Assembly: GCA_965637545.1 (NCBI GenBank)
Contig: OZ281500.1
Span: 1,364,001 to 1,428,000 of the forward strand
Reading direction: 5' to 3'
Origin: Phallusia mammillata
Taxonomy: Eukaryota
DNA length: 64,000 nt
Below, in pieces: positions 1 through 18,100 of the stretch. Each line of letters starts with the position of its first letter. Positions within the stretch are counted from its first letter, which is position 1. The notes under the pieces were generated by a model. That model did not search any database. It was not told the DNA's origin and was given only the letters and a program-made list of their open reading frames with translations. Position numbers and translations under genes: made by a program.

Positions 1-466
1 AAACCGTTAAGATTCACCCAATTCAACATTGGAAATTTGTTGGATAAGCCGTGGTACCCCATTCAAATCGAATTGTTTTTGGTGTATTTCATCTACATCG
101 TACCGTTTCATTTAAACTGTTACGTTTTTTGGTATTTGCAACCCAATTTATTTGGATGGCTTTACCAAAAACGTTTATCTCCGTCACAAAAACGTGTATC
201 TATTTGTTGTTGTTTTCAAAAATCGAAACAACAGTTTAAATTTATCTGCTGATGACGATATAGTGCAAATTACTACGTCAATGTAGCGACCACCTCCATC
301 GAAACAAAAGCAACAGGTCGCCCGAAATATCCGCTCACTAATTTGCGCGATGCACTGCGTCAACGTGCGCCACCGAAAATAGAATTCACGCAAATGCCCG
401 AGGCCGAAAGACGCAAGTTAAAGTTAAAACAACTCGAAACCTGAACCTCGACGATCCTGTACACAC

Positions 467-480
467 GTAACCATGGTAAC
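467..480. promoter_or_regulatory. RFX X-box motif
   Basis: GTAACCATGGTAAC fits GTNRCC-N2-RGYAAC exactly; target gene not identified. Confidence 0.35.
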
Positions 481-2735
481 CGCAACGATGCGTCACGTGG
501 GCCAACGTTACCAACACGTTTAAATTTTGTTGCAGTATATCACGCGTTTTTTTGACAGCTCCCTTAAATTACAATTTAACTTTGCACTTTGACGGTTTCG
601 ACCTTTAGGGCGACCCGTACAAACTCCTGCAAGAGACAGATTCACGCGAACTAGTTTTAGCAATATGTAATTTGCGTGAAAATGATTGATTGAGCCTTAA
701 ATGTCTTTGCCGCAATTCAGATGCGAACCACAGTGCAGCGAATCGGCTAAGCACGGGATGGGAATATTTACATACAAACTTCCATCCGTCATGATTTCAT
801 CGCATACTTATAAAGGTTACCCAGGAAATGTCAACAGCAGCGGGTTTGCGGTTGGTATTTTGCAAGCGGCCTACATGCAAAAAGGTTTGCAGGATTTTCC
901 CAGTTTCCTAGAAATACAATTACAGGAGGACGGAAATTTTTTGAGAATATTTGGCATGTTTAGAGATTCTATAACAATCCAACTCAGCAAATCGCACGAT
1001 TTTTGTGTCGTTTTTTTCTGTCATCTTTACGGTAATTAAAAAGCAACAATAACCCTTTAGTTAGTTTTGGCCCAATTCTGGCGCATAGATTAAATACGTT
1101 GAAATAAATCAAACTTCAATTGGATAAAGGATTCACAATAGTGGAACAAACACGCGACGGTGACAAAAAGGCCTTTTCAAATAAACTCAACGCAAGCATT
1201 TAGGCTTTAGTCAGTTTTTGTCCGATTCTGGCGTGTTTTAAAGTGAAATGAACTGTATTAAATACGTCGAAATAAATCAAATTAAAAAAAATGGATTTAT
1301 AAAAGTGAAAACTGACATGTGACAAAAAATATTTATAAATCAACACCAGCATTTAGTGTTTACGAAGCACGGTAAAAATAACAACATTTTCACGTGCGGG
1401 GTGCATGGGTTTCAAATGTAACTTCGCAGTTTTCCGAATGCGAAGCAAAGCCCGCAACAAAGCCTTGCAATAAATACATGGTATGGATTTGGAGCGGCTT
1501 GCGTAGTTTGTGTTGAAAACAAAACCGCACGTCGTCATTCGCCGTAATCTGACATTTTCACTCGCGTAAGCCGCAAGTAGCATTCAAGAAGCATCCACGT
1601 GCGATTTCAAGGTCACGCATTTAGACGTTGAAGGTCAAATTCTCGAGCGTACAGTCATCGTGGTTTTATGAAATGTTATAGTCAATGGGTTATTGGATAA
1701 GCCGCTGCTTTCAAAAGGTCGCAGCGTGTGACGTCGCAGGTTACGTAAGGTTGACTGATGGGCGATTTTGTAAAACTATTTGTTGCATCAAAAAGTTCTG
1801 CAAAGTTCGGAAGAAAACTATTCAGCAATAAAGGTAAATCACTGGGCTAACCGGGATGTCACATATCGGGTTAAAAACTAGGGCAGTTTGTCAAGCCAAC
1901 TAAATTCCGTCTTGCAATAACCGTTCAAGGATACACTTTTTGGTAACCATTTTTAAATTTGAAAACGCAGTTTCTGATTCACTAAACTAAGATTTGCAAA
2001 TAATCAGACGAAAACGCGGCATGTCAAATACCACAATACATTAACAGAGCATTCGTGTGCATTAATCTTTTACAAATCTAAGTCCATTTAAAAGGTAGTC
2101 TGGCAACAATGTCAAAAATACATCACATTTGCACTTGTCAGGTTGCGACAATTACCCACCGCGAGAACATGGACTGACACGTATTTCGCGTGTTTTTGGT
2201 GCTAGCGGCAATATCAAACAACATTATCCGGAAAGTCACAAAATATCCGGTTATAAAATGTGAATAAAAACGCAAAGTGCACAAGGAGAAACCGCTGACC
2301 TTTTCTGCAAGATATATTTGCAACTTTACTTAACAGTATAAGAAGTTCGCACGTAGATGAGCATGTTTCCTGACATACAACCGCCGGTCGTACACGACGC
2401 ATTCATAACGCACATGCCTTACAACATAAGCAAACACAAACTATATTTCTGTACTCAACAACACAACAATAAGCGAAAATAAATTGTTTGAATTCTGCAC
2501 TAAACAAACTAAACGATACATATTGGTCCATAGAAAACATTTTAGCAACTTTTTGGTCCAAATAGAAACCTATTGGCAAGCAGCGATTCCCCATAATTCT
2601 ATCAAACATATTCCAAACTCAAATATAACATTGCAGCAAGTTAACAGGCAATAAAAACTTGGCAAAGGATCCTTTTTATGAAAATGCGAAACAGGTGTTC
2701 GGCGATTTTTCGCCACAGTTATAAAGTACGATGTT

Positions 2736-2899
2736 GTTACGTAACTTTGGTGTTGTTGCGTAACTCACGTAAAGAATTACGTAAAAAACGAAGTGTTACG
2801 TAAAATCCGAAAAGTTAATCCGAAAAATTATGCAACTGGGTGAAAGGTTATGCAACTAAAACTGACACGTGTTATGTCACCGAAGTTGAGTTACGTAAA
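2736..2899. promoter_or_regulatory. Homotypic cluster of bZIP (PAR/NFIL3/C-EBP-type) sites
   Basis: Nine matches or near-matches to RTTAYGYAAY within 164 bp. Confidence 0.5.
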
Positions 2900-5800
2900 C
2901 ATTTCAACTTGAACTTTATGGTGATGCAGTAGATTTAAGATAATCTCATCCATAAACACAATTTGTATTTGGGGTCAATTATTCTTGCCCATTTTTCGAC
3001 GTGGCCAATTGTAAATGCAACAATACGTACCCGAGCAAGCATTCAGCAGTTGTATATGAGCAGACTGTATATACGTTTAGGCATCTACGCTTAGCATCAA
3101 AAATGTCAGTGTAATTTAGGTTTGGTCAAAAGCCTAATCAAAAGTTCAAACAATTTAAACTTTGTCTATCTATTACCGTCTTCAGATAAAGAGTTACGCA
3201 AAATCTATTGAACAGAAATGCTATTTGCATTTTACATTTTGTTTATTTTTAAAATAATAATTCATATGCGACAAAAAGCAAAATCACAAACCAATGTAGC
3301 ATCAAAATTCTGTCACACTATTACAGAGAGTTACGTCATAAATCGTAAAAATTGAACTTCACCGCTTTTTGAACGTTCAAACAACGTCAAAACCAATAAA
3401 GGGTGAAAGTTTTGGGGATGGTAAAATGTTGATGACCTCGTTCATTCAACCATAACGTAATAATGACGTAATTTAAAGGTTCTAGTCGAAGTTTGCGAAA
3501 TGTTTTGCCGTTCTAAGTAGCAACAAGAAAAGGACGCCGAATCGTGGTGAAAACAAGCGACAGGAGCGCTTTAGTGCGTTTCAAAGGAAAAGAGTCAGTT
3601 ACCAAGTTTAGGGATTATTTTCTGCTTCACATCGTATGTATGGAAGTCGTCGCTTCGCCAACAGACTTGCTTTTGCTTTGCCCGTCACACTCCCAGCAGA
3701 CAGGCCTTTTAGACGCCGAGTAGTAGGTATACATTAACGCCAATGAAAGCAAAACCGACACTGCGCCTGACCTTGACCAAGGTCAAACGTTTTGGCAACT
3801 CCGTTTCAAGCTCAACACGCAGCACACAGTAGCGCGGCTTCAATTTCAGAGCAGCGAAGGTGACTTTCGTTATTTTGACCTTTCACTTCACCCGTGAACG
3901 AGCGAGGCGCAGAGAGCTAATGGAAGTCACGGTTCAAGGCCAAGACTGGGTCCACAGCGCCGCTAGTGACCAAAACTATAGGATAATTTGCTACTTGTAA
4001 ACTATATGATATTGCAACTTGTTTGCAACTGCAATTTCAATTGTGTAACGTATGTAGTGGATGGATGCAGAGAGTTCCATCTATATTTTGGTGGATGTTT
4101 AAGACACTGGCTTCACTAATGCATTCACATGAAAACGGATGACACATTTACAAACCAAATGAAAACTTAGAACTCAAAACATGTCAACATATTTAGTGAC
4201 GTAACACTTTACATTTGTCACGAAATAAGTAAAAGTTTGTTTATCGGTCGAAGGTGATTCGATTCGGTGTGACCCCCATTATGGAGAGGCGCCACCTAAT
4301 GTACAATTTCAGCCCACCCCCGCGCCATCAAATGCTGTAATTGGCGACGCAAACACATTTCCATCAGTTAACGGCCGCCGCCCAAAGCAAATTATCGAGT
4401 TTTACAGCAAGAACTTCGCAGGAATGACTACTTGCTACGACTGTAACATTGTCGCGCGCCACGAGACGAAGGCTACCGCGCGTGGGACGGTGTCAACTAA
4501 TGCGAGGCGGTCTCATTACAACACAGAGGTGTTTGTGTAATTGCCAATTGGTCGCGACGTGTCATTATTATCAGCGAAAGCGTGGAATTGCGAAAAGTTC
4601 GGCGCCAATACGACCACAAAGTTCATTTCTGTTACGTAGGTTCTTGTAATGCAATGACCTTATTCTGCAGTTCCGGAGGAGACAAAAAAATCCCTTTTCC
4701 GGAAAAAGTTGAAAATACAATTCCAAAAGACACATTGTATATATTCACACAAATAGTTACGCCATTTTTCGCCAAGCGAATAAAATTTACCAAGTTAACG
4801 TCCGGATTAGTATTTTGTTAGTGATAAATTGTTTTAGAATTTTAGTTTGAAGTCGTTTTCATGTTTTAAAGGCGCATGTCACTGTAAAACAGCAATCTAA
4901 TCTAACAAAATAGATCTTGGTTTGGTACCAAACACCAACACATCATATTTGAAACCTTGAAGCTTAATTCATGGTTAAGCGGGAAAGTAACCGTCGGGCT
5001 AAACAAATAATAGTAAATATGCCCTTTTAAATACAATTCAACCACACTGCACCTGTAAATGACAAAAATCAGGTTATACTCAAGCACTTTTTGGTGAGGA
5101 GTTTGAAGAAAAACGTGCCAACTGGAGTTAAACACAGAAAACTTACAAACTTTCCTTTCGTACAGAAAGTTTGGCAACAAAATGGCCGGTGGCCCGTTAA
5201 TGGAAAGCAGCAAATTTCTGGCCAAAGTCCCACATACCACACGTCCATCCACGCCCTTTGTCTACTCAGAGATGAAAGTCGCGATGTTAGAGTGAAATCG
5301 AAACAAACCGACCCACATGGGGCCAAACCTTGGAGGTGTTTTGGGGCCGGTGGCTCACTTTCGTCTGCTCCTCGCAGTAGCAAAGTGAAGCGACTTTGAT
5401 GCGAGTGAAGAAATAAAAAACAAAAGTGCGCGGCCGTACAGAGGCAAATGCCTTTGTGTGACCGGGAGTGGAAATATTATTGCTAGCGTCGATTGGCCGT
5501 TTCGTGGGTTCTTTGGGGTCGCGGTAAACATGTTCGGAGAGGCAGGGATGGTACTCAGTCGCTTAAAAAGACTTGGAAGCAGAAACGCTTTTGCGATTCA
5601 AGTTAAAACACTTTCATTGAATTTTTAACAAAGAAATTATACTCTTAAGTTCACTATTCACGGTTTCAAAAATCCTAACCATTTGATAATGACACAAGTT
5701 GCTGTTAAAACCTTATGTTTTATACTAATTTGCTGGCTTTGTTTGTTTCTGGTTTAAATAATACTCGGTCATTTTAAAGCGAAATCGTTGCCAATTTTGT

Positions 5801-7963
5801 CAATAAACAGAAAACACATCGATGTATTCTTTATACACCACTACCTTGGCAGTAATGTTTATGATTAAACTACTTTTAAAGTCCGTGTATAGTGTTCCTA
5901 TAAGAAAACACATCGTTTAATTAGTCACTGTCGCAAACACAATAACACTACAAAGACTACGGAAGAGTTTTGATAACCTTTAGGCGCATGCAAGACAAAC
6001 ATAAGATGCGTTTTTTCTATCAGACAACCGACTGCTCGAAATAAGCATTATCAACAGTTTTTAAAAACTTAGCGGCCTAACCCTACTGTTGAACGCTAAA
6101 AATGTGCGGAATAACTCAATGAACAATGCACATAGACAGTGAGGCGGTTTACGAATTGCACGAGTTTAAAGCATGCCACCGGACGTCGCGGACAAGTCGT
6201 GAGCAATGGGAAATGGGAGGGGCCGCTCAATATCGCATTTTGTTGACAACAAATTTGTGAATGAACTACGGCGCGGCGTGTGCATGTTTGCCCAACCTTA
6301 AGACTGCTTAGGCGGGGTAGAACCACGGGCCGACTTTGACCGCAAATTCAAGCAGTTTAGACGGCTTATCGGCGCTAAACAAGACGATCGTGCAACACGA
6401 AACAATCGCAAACATTCGACGTTTACTCGTAAACGTGTCGGGGTTGTTATCTACACGTATTTAATTGAGGCATCACAATTGTTGTCTGCTGCACAGCGGT
6501 GATTTGTATCACGTATGAAAGTTGTGTATTGATACAGCGGTTCGTGGCATGTAGGGAGAACGGCACTCTACTCTCACTATTTGTTGTGTGGATAGTTCGC
6601 GTCTTTGTAATCAATAGCGCGCGGTTTCAATTGCTTCAGGTGCTTAATAAATGATGTCAGTCACTTTGTTACCATAACGACAGGTCAAAATGAACACAAA
6701 AATGACCACCTTCTTTAGTTAGACACAGACAGAAAAACTTGCATGTTTTAGGGATATTTGAACCATCGTTTTATAGAAAGTTTAATGACAAGAAAAAATA
6801 AATTTATGATGTAAAACTGTAGACTATATGATAAAATTAAATTGTCGCTTTGTGGATGTTAACGCATGTAGGGGATTGTCTCACGAAAAATGTAAGAGCC
6901 CTGGGCCACAAAAGAGAGATTTTGCACAAAATTTGACAAAATGTTTTGCGTTTTCAGGACTAACAAGCACCACAATTGTAATTTATACCAATCGTTGACT
7001 TTGAAAATAAGGTCCAATACTGTTATGTAGTTTTTGAGAACAGTGATGCTCAAACTGTGTGTTGCAGCGCCGTGAAAGATTTCCAAATGTGCCGCTGAAA
7101 ATTGGATATTTCTAAGTGCAAACATTCTCTGGTACTTCATGACGAAATGACAAAAAGCTGGTGTATATGGCGACGTTTCAGAAGCTTTTATTTTTGTGAT
7201 TGGTCATTGCCAACCACAGTTAAGGGGATGAAAAGAGTACTACCAGCCTGGTATGGCAATATTTTTGTACGAACATTGCGAAAAAACACCATCAGATATA
7301 TATATATATTTAATTATTTCTTTTGTAATTTTAAAACAAAAAAAAGCAAACACTTGGCGGCCGTTGGTGAAATAAGCATCCGCGATGCGGCCGTCATAGC
7401 AATAAGGCTGTGCACCCCTGGTTTCGTTCTTTAATGTTGCGCATGCTTGAAAAGTTCGAGAACGACCGGTGTATATTCTTTCATGAGTATGTTAATGACA
7501 AGGCACTCCACACCGATGTGAGCACCAGAGATTTTCCAGGCGACCATCTTAAGCCACCCGTGACGTGAATGGCGCCACTCTGGTCACGTGGTATGTTTGC
7601 ACTTCCGATTATAACGCGTCAAGAGTTGTTACTTGTACCACGCGACAGAAACCGGACGCCCCCGGTGCCAGAAACGAATTTTCAAATGCCATTTACTGTA
7701 TGAAGTGTAAGCCTACTGTAATATTTTGAGTTGATTTGGTGGTGGTGTGTAATGTTTGTAGGGATTACCGATGACGAAGATTGACAGACATTCATACAGC
7801 TCTTGGGCAAGATGTCGCCGTGCCTGGTTGTAGAGGCGGCAGGCGGCAGGTATCATTTGGACACATTACATTGAGCTTAATCGCTTTTGTCATGTTTGCA
7901 TTCGATGGTTGTGATGTAAAGATATGGTTTACCGATGCAGAAATAAGCCAGAACAATTTATAC

Positions 7964-8185
7964 CAGTAGTTCTTAAAACTGTGCTTCGCGACGCCCTGGT
8001 GCGTCGTTTCAATTTTCCTAGGGCGTCGCAGAATAGTTCAGTTTCGTGGCTTTTTGTTGTTGTATCAATAAACATAACTTTAATAATAAGTTTGCACATT
8101 AACTTTTATTTGCTGGTGCGTCGCAGTAAGTCCAGAAATCTCGCAACAAAGGGCGTCGCAACAAAAAAAAGTTTGAGAACCACTG
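7964..8185. mobile_element. hAT-type MITE
   Basis: TIR CAGT(A/G)GTTCT(T/C)AAA; exact 8-bp TSD ATTTATAC on both sides. Confidence 0.85.
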
Positions 8186-8784
8186 ATTTATACTGTCGAA
8201 AAACAAGGCGTTTAATTTTTCTCCACCAATACGAACACACAAACATCTACGGACCTCGAGAATTCAAATTAAGAATTGTCAAACACGTTTGTGTATAATC
8301 AACCAAACCATCCCTTGTATATTTCATCAGAAAAACGATAATTGTAGAAGCACAAGAGTTGTTAAATCTATGGAGAGACAATTGCACTCTTTTGTATCAG
8401 ATTATTAAACTATGCAGCAATGGGGCAAAAAGTGAACAGGTGTTTTTCAAATTTCACTTTTGGGAAGTGTAGGTCAAACTTTGGAATACTATGAAGCACC
8501 CATTCTTGACCAAGCGCATGTAACAAGCCAACGTTAGACAGAAAAAACACGCCCAAAAACAGTAAGTGTCCATTTAAGGGTAGGGGATCCATAATAAGTG
8601 ACAGAGGTGGACACTTTTTTCCAGAAAGTAGGTCTTGTCCGCCGGAGAGAGAATAAAATGCAAACCTTTTTATATTTTCAAGTCGCGCAGCTGACAACAA
8701 AACCAAGCACACCGACTCATGTGCACTCAACAGAGTGAGATTTTATTTCGAGCGCATCAATAGCGCCACCACGCGGTAACAAAA

Positions 8785-12771
<3,987 letters not shown>

Positions 12772-12789
12772 TCTCCAAGCTTGCCAAAT

Positions 12790-12800
12790 CGAAAAGAACT
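12790..12800 (-). promoter_or_regulatory. Probable 5'TOP pyrimidine tract / TSS region of RPL3
   Basis: Minus strand reads GAGTTCTTTTCGATT about 25 nt upstream of the ATG; ribosomal-protein mRNAs typically start in a pyrimidine tract. Confidence 0.55.
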
Positions 12801-13957
12801 CGGAATCACGTGTCAAATAAATTTTCGCACACTTCGTTACGCATCAATAATTTTGTTTTATTTTTTTAAACCGGGGATTATTTGGTTTGGTTGTTTTTAG
12901 GCTGAACTCAATCCGTCAAACCCATTCAAAAAACTCGAATGTGCAAAGATTTTTAAACAGCGCGTGTACAAGGCTTTCCCATTTTTAAATTTAATTTGAT
13001 CTTTTGTCTTTTTTTAAGGCAGTTTGATTTATTAACATGCAGAAACAGTCATTCAAATAAGTTTAAAAAACTTGTAAAATTAAAGTTTATTGGTTTAAAT
13101 GTCCCGTACGATGCAAAGGCCTCTCGGCATTATAACTGTCTATTGCCAACCATGCGTACTGTAGGTCAAGCGAAAACATTAATTTTTAAAACCGAAAAAG
13201 AAGCTACTGGTTCTCGTTCAAAAGGCGTAAATGAACCGTCGTTGGCCAATACAGAAATAATTGATCTGACTCATGGGTGAACCTAATTAACCAGCTCCGT
13301 TTTCCCTTAACGAATGCACACGTAATAAGCAACAACAGCAACAGCGTTGAGCTATTATCTTTAGCCCCATGATGACTATAGACGCAATGAAGTTGATTGT
13401 GGTAAGGTTGGCAACATGTGAAAATGCCTAAATCTGGTTTATTGTGTACTTTAAAAGTCCTTGTTACTATTGAAAGTGACTTCATGTAAAAAATCCCAGT
13501 GGCGTATCAGTCATTCCTCTTTTTAGCTCAGGGTAATTTTGAATGCACTACAAGTGCAACTAAGAAAACTTTGGGAGGGAATGTCTTTCGCCACAAGTCG
13601 GTAAACTTGACCTTCGCCCTAGTCCTAGTTCATCACCATGTTCACCATTGCAGACTATTATCAGACCCTAAATCGACCAGCTAATGAAATGTTCCCTAAA
13701 GTAATGAGTAATTAGTGGTTTAGTATTAGAAGGTGTGTCTCTCTACTTTACAAATGCATTTTAGACAACAGTGTTTTAGTCTTTAACAGTGCTTTCCAAC
13801 GTTCATGAAGCCAATTACGACTGCTGCGCATTATGTTCTGCATTTCTGCAAATCTGTATGGCACATAAGAAAGAAAAATATTAGGAACAAAAAGGCTGTA
13901 AAAAGAGCGTGAGTTATAATGAATATTTTTTAAGGATATTCAGCTTGATTGAAAACA

Positions 13958-13997
13958 TGTACTGATGATGACAACAGAGATTGTCGAAACGTCTACA
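13958..13997 (+). ncRNA. Minimal type I hammerhead ribozyme (intact core)
   Basis: TGTA-CTGATGA-T-GACAA cagaga TTGTC-GAAA-CG-TC^-TACA: stem I TGTA/TACA, 5-bp stem II, palindromic ACGT helix III, GUC cleavage site. Confidence 0.75.
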
Positions 13998-15111
13998 CGA
14001 TGTATTCTATATACACCACTACCTTGGCAGTAATGTTTATGATTAAATTTTTTTAAGGAATTTTAAAATGTTTGCACCCATCGACCTATAGGTTAGTATA
14101 CTAACATTGTCACACGGACCTATTGAGCCTATAAACGAGTTTCAGAGGTGCAAGCATATCAGCAATGTCTTCGTAGGTTTTCGTAGAAAAAAGACGCTAT
14201 GCATTAAATGAGCAGCCATTCAGTAAAGCAGAACAACGCGAGTGCGTTGTGTCGTGTGCACTCTCATTTCCACCTTATAGCCAGGACGCGTGCAAGTTAG
14301 AGCAAAAGGGTAAAAGGCAAATGAAGACCTCTTCTACGCACATCCGTTTCACATACGATCGGCTTTTGTGCGATGCTTAGGCTGCATAGTTCTCTTAAGC
14401 CAGATGTTGAAAAGCCTAAGGTTCGAATTCATCAGTGAGTTTCAAAGAACTACGTTTTAGACAAGTCTAAAATTGATGCAGGCACGTTTTCTGTGCATCT
14501 TGAAACAGTTTAAATGTTGCATAGAGGATTACATTCATTTCAGTGTATAGATAAAGTTGTTTATGTCTGGCAGCAACAACTTGCTTTGTAAAGATAAAGT
14601 AAATTTTATTTAAGCTAAGTTTTAAAAAAGGGACAAGGATTATAATTTCTTTTAGGCCGTTTAAATTTGAAGTAGATCATTGCGGAGAAATCACATGCAA
14701 ATTGATTAAAAAATCACTTTAATGATGGAAAAACGTTGCTATAGACTGCTATGTACGAAAAGCTGTTTTATAATTCATAACAGGAAAAGCCTTAAGCGGC
14801 AAGTGTTTTCGACCTATTTAAACAACGAGGCGATATGTATTTCAATTCACAACCAACAATCGCATTTTAGACAATATCAGTCTCGTTAAACAATCACATA
14901 AATATATATTTTAAGCCTAACCACATAAATACTTGTAACTATTTGAAGGTTTTGAGACAAATATTTCAATATTTCGTTGAATTTTTTACTCCTTTTAAGA
15001 AGCCTTTGCTCTTGCATGCTGCTTTCCGATATATCGCGGCAGACGGAAAATCAATAAACACAAAACCAGCATCGGAGCACGATTTACATGCACGAAGGTT
15101 TCATTACGAAG

Positions 15112-18100
15112 ATGGCGAGCGAAGAAAACCAAATTGTCGAGCTTAACGTGGGCGGCACAATCTACAGCACGTCAGCAAAAACTCTGACGTGTGTTCTACC
15201 TAAATCCAAGATGGCGGCCGGTGTTCGCGCGTTCATTTCCGGCGAGAGTGCAACGTCAGACGGAATTCCATTCATTTGTGACGCAAACAAACGCATGTTT
15301 ATTGATCGTGATGGCGTCACTTTCCGATTAATTCTCGAATACCTGAGAAAAGGCGCAGGTGGTATCGCTATTTCCGACTGGCTGCAAAAGATATGCCCTG
15401 ACGTCATTGAGCGTCATCGCTTACGTAGTGAGGCTGAGTTTTTCGGCCTTGATGAACTGGCATCGATTTTGAAAAAGATTGAAGCAAGGAAAAATTTCGT
15501 GGTGGGTATAAAACGTTTTTCGCACCAATTATACAAGTAAATTAACTTTTGGATTTTAATATTTGAATCAATGATGTAAAAACAGTTTCGATACGAACTT
15601 ACTTTAGTTTCGGGAAAACACTTTGTTCAACGCAAAAAGAGTTACAAAATTGTTATATGACAAAAAGTTACAATAATACATTTTTAAAAGTTTTATTATT
15701 TAAGCTAGGGGTCAAGAACCTGTTATTCACTGCGGACCGGTATGAAACTGAATTTTTTATTACGGACCGGCCTTTTAAAACCACAAATGTTCAGCACTGA
15801 AAACTAATTAGTTATTACAACTTTGATTCAATGTGAACCTTGAGCAAGTTTTATGCGGCCCGGTAACGAATCCCTAACGGACCGGTGGTTGCCGACCACC
15901 AATGTAAGCGATCAAACAACTTCTGTTTAATATTAATCTATATTTAATTTCACCCAGACTGGGAACAGCGATCAAGCACAAATTCGATCCACTGGGTCCC
16001 AGGGACAGCCCCCTTTTTACCCCCGAATCTACCAGGGACCTTCCCCAATATCGAGAAACGAGACAGACTCGCCCAGCAGGTTTGATTGATTTTCCATCTT
16101 ATGATGTTTTCAATGTTACACAACACGGATTTTAAACAGACATGTTTAAATTTCAAATAATAAGTTGCATTCACAAACAACTAAGTCGGTGTGTAATAAA
16201 ACAAACACAAAAATGGCAAAGGAATTGTTGTACACTCGCATATGTTAAAGCATATAATGCAAGACAAAAGTTACTTCAATGAGTTCGCTGTTTACCACAA
16301 ATTGAAACTCAACACGCACTCTTTTCAACAATATTAGCGATAGGCAATTATCACATTGCAATGTAATTTCATTATCACATTGTAATGTATTTTCATTTTG
16401 ATTAAAGTTATGAAACCAGGTGAGGGAGGGCAAAAAATGATATCAATGCCTTACAACGGTTTAAAAAAGGGAAAAGATTCATGTGCCCTATAGCGTACCC
16501 CTCTAGTTATTGATTTAGGTATTGTAAATATAAGACAGTTTCGACAATCGTTTTTTGGAGGAAGTAAACAGGCTCAAAAGTTGAGGTTAAGAGCCATTGC
16601 TGCACAGAAAGAGGACAATGCTAACTCCTTCGGTGCTATCCACCCACTTTCAATAATAGCCATTATGGGCTTTGCAAAACACCCTGGTTTGCCCAAATCA
16701 ATGTTATAACAGTTGCAATGTTGATTTTTTTAGGGTTAACATTCTTGAATTTTACTATTGTAAGAATTTACACTGACTGTTCTTTCAAGAAAGCAGCAAG
16801 CAGCAAGCAGCGCAATTTGGTTCCCCTTTACAAATACTTTAGCAACTATAGTATACTCTATAGAGGTATACCTTCATCGGGTTTCTGATCGTTTTTAACA
16901 CCAAGCGCATATAGTTTCATGCTTGTAAATTATTACTTGAGGAGCATGGAAACGTTTGAGAATGAACTGCTGTGAACGGCAGATTGTAATTACAGACCGG
17001 TTTCGGTGCATTTACTCAATTACCTGTAAAATCACACCTAGCCATAAATAAATCATACAAATTGATGATGGACAGTCGTAAGGGTTTCCTGTGTCCCAGC
17101 ATGTTGTGTCGTAAATTAGGAGCCACTTAACTTGCATTGCTAGCTGTGATGCAACGGTGTGAGCTGTTGAAGCAGTTTGGTAAATACAATTCACTTGTGA
17201 CTTACATCACATGCAAACGCCAAATGATTTAAGCGCATCTGGTTTTCCAGTTATTTGGTAATTAGTACTGAAAGTGGCTGTAATTTTGTAAAAGAAAAAC
17301 GACGCAAAATTTCGGAATTGTAGGTTCCGAGAATAGCAGAAAAACAACGAGCAACCTAAACCTCAAATTTTAAAACGTTTTGCACAAACTACAATATTTT
17401 TCTATGGAATAAAGCATGTAATTTAGGTCACGTAATATTTCTAAGATCGCTTAAAAACACTATCGATTAATTTGTTTCCTAAAATATTTACAATTTTTTA
17501 TAGCCTTTCCAGTCTTGGTGTAGGGAGGCTAATAACCGACAGTTATGCAACGAAATAAATAAATTAGCATTTGCGCGTTTTATAATAGCTAACTAGCATT
17601 TTGTGCCCTTTCCAAATTCCATATTTAGATGACAAGTGATTGAAATGTGCCAAGGTTTTACTTTTCCGTTTTATTCATCAAGATCGCAGCTGTTGAAACA
17701 TAACTGGAAGTTCACCTACCAAGCGTTGATGGTGTGCTCAAGTCATCTATTGCCTGAGTGCCAATTAGGCTACTTTTTGTGGGTCGTTTTTCTGCGATTT
17801 TAAAGATTCTTGATGACATGCCTAAACACATCAAATATGTGTCCGCAAATAAAATCGCTTGACTAATAAAAGGTTAACTCATAACTTGAGAAACTTAACA
17901 GCGATCCCAATTAAATGCAATTTGTTTTGAAAAGATACGATTGCTCTGCATTTTTATACAACCAACTCAGTTTACATGTTTTTGAACACGTAACAGGTTT
18001 TACTTCATTATCAATCCGTGAAACGTCGAAACAAAAACAACATTACTTTTTTTCCGATAAAATGTCACTGCTGGTCATTCAAACTTGTATCAAAGTCTAT

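Noticed and set aside
5069-5399. Overlapping ~100-aa ORFs on both strands
   Set aside because: No recognisable motifs or splice chain; the region looks promoter-like (CCAAT at ~5491).
7720-7860. Minus-strand MIPAACRLYN resembling a LINE ORF2 C-terminus; plus-strand exon-like segment
   Set aside because: Motif too short, upstream frame closed, no RT motifs.
13525-13640. C/D-like boxes GTGATGA...CTGA on minus (and ATGATGA at ~13369 on plus)
   Set aside because: No terminal stem, no convincing rRNA complement and no evident host intron.
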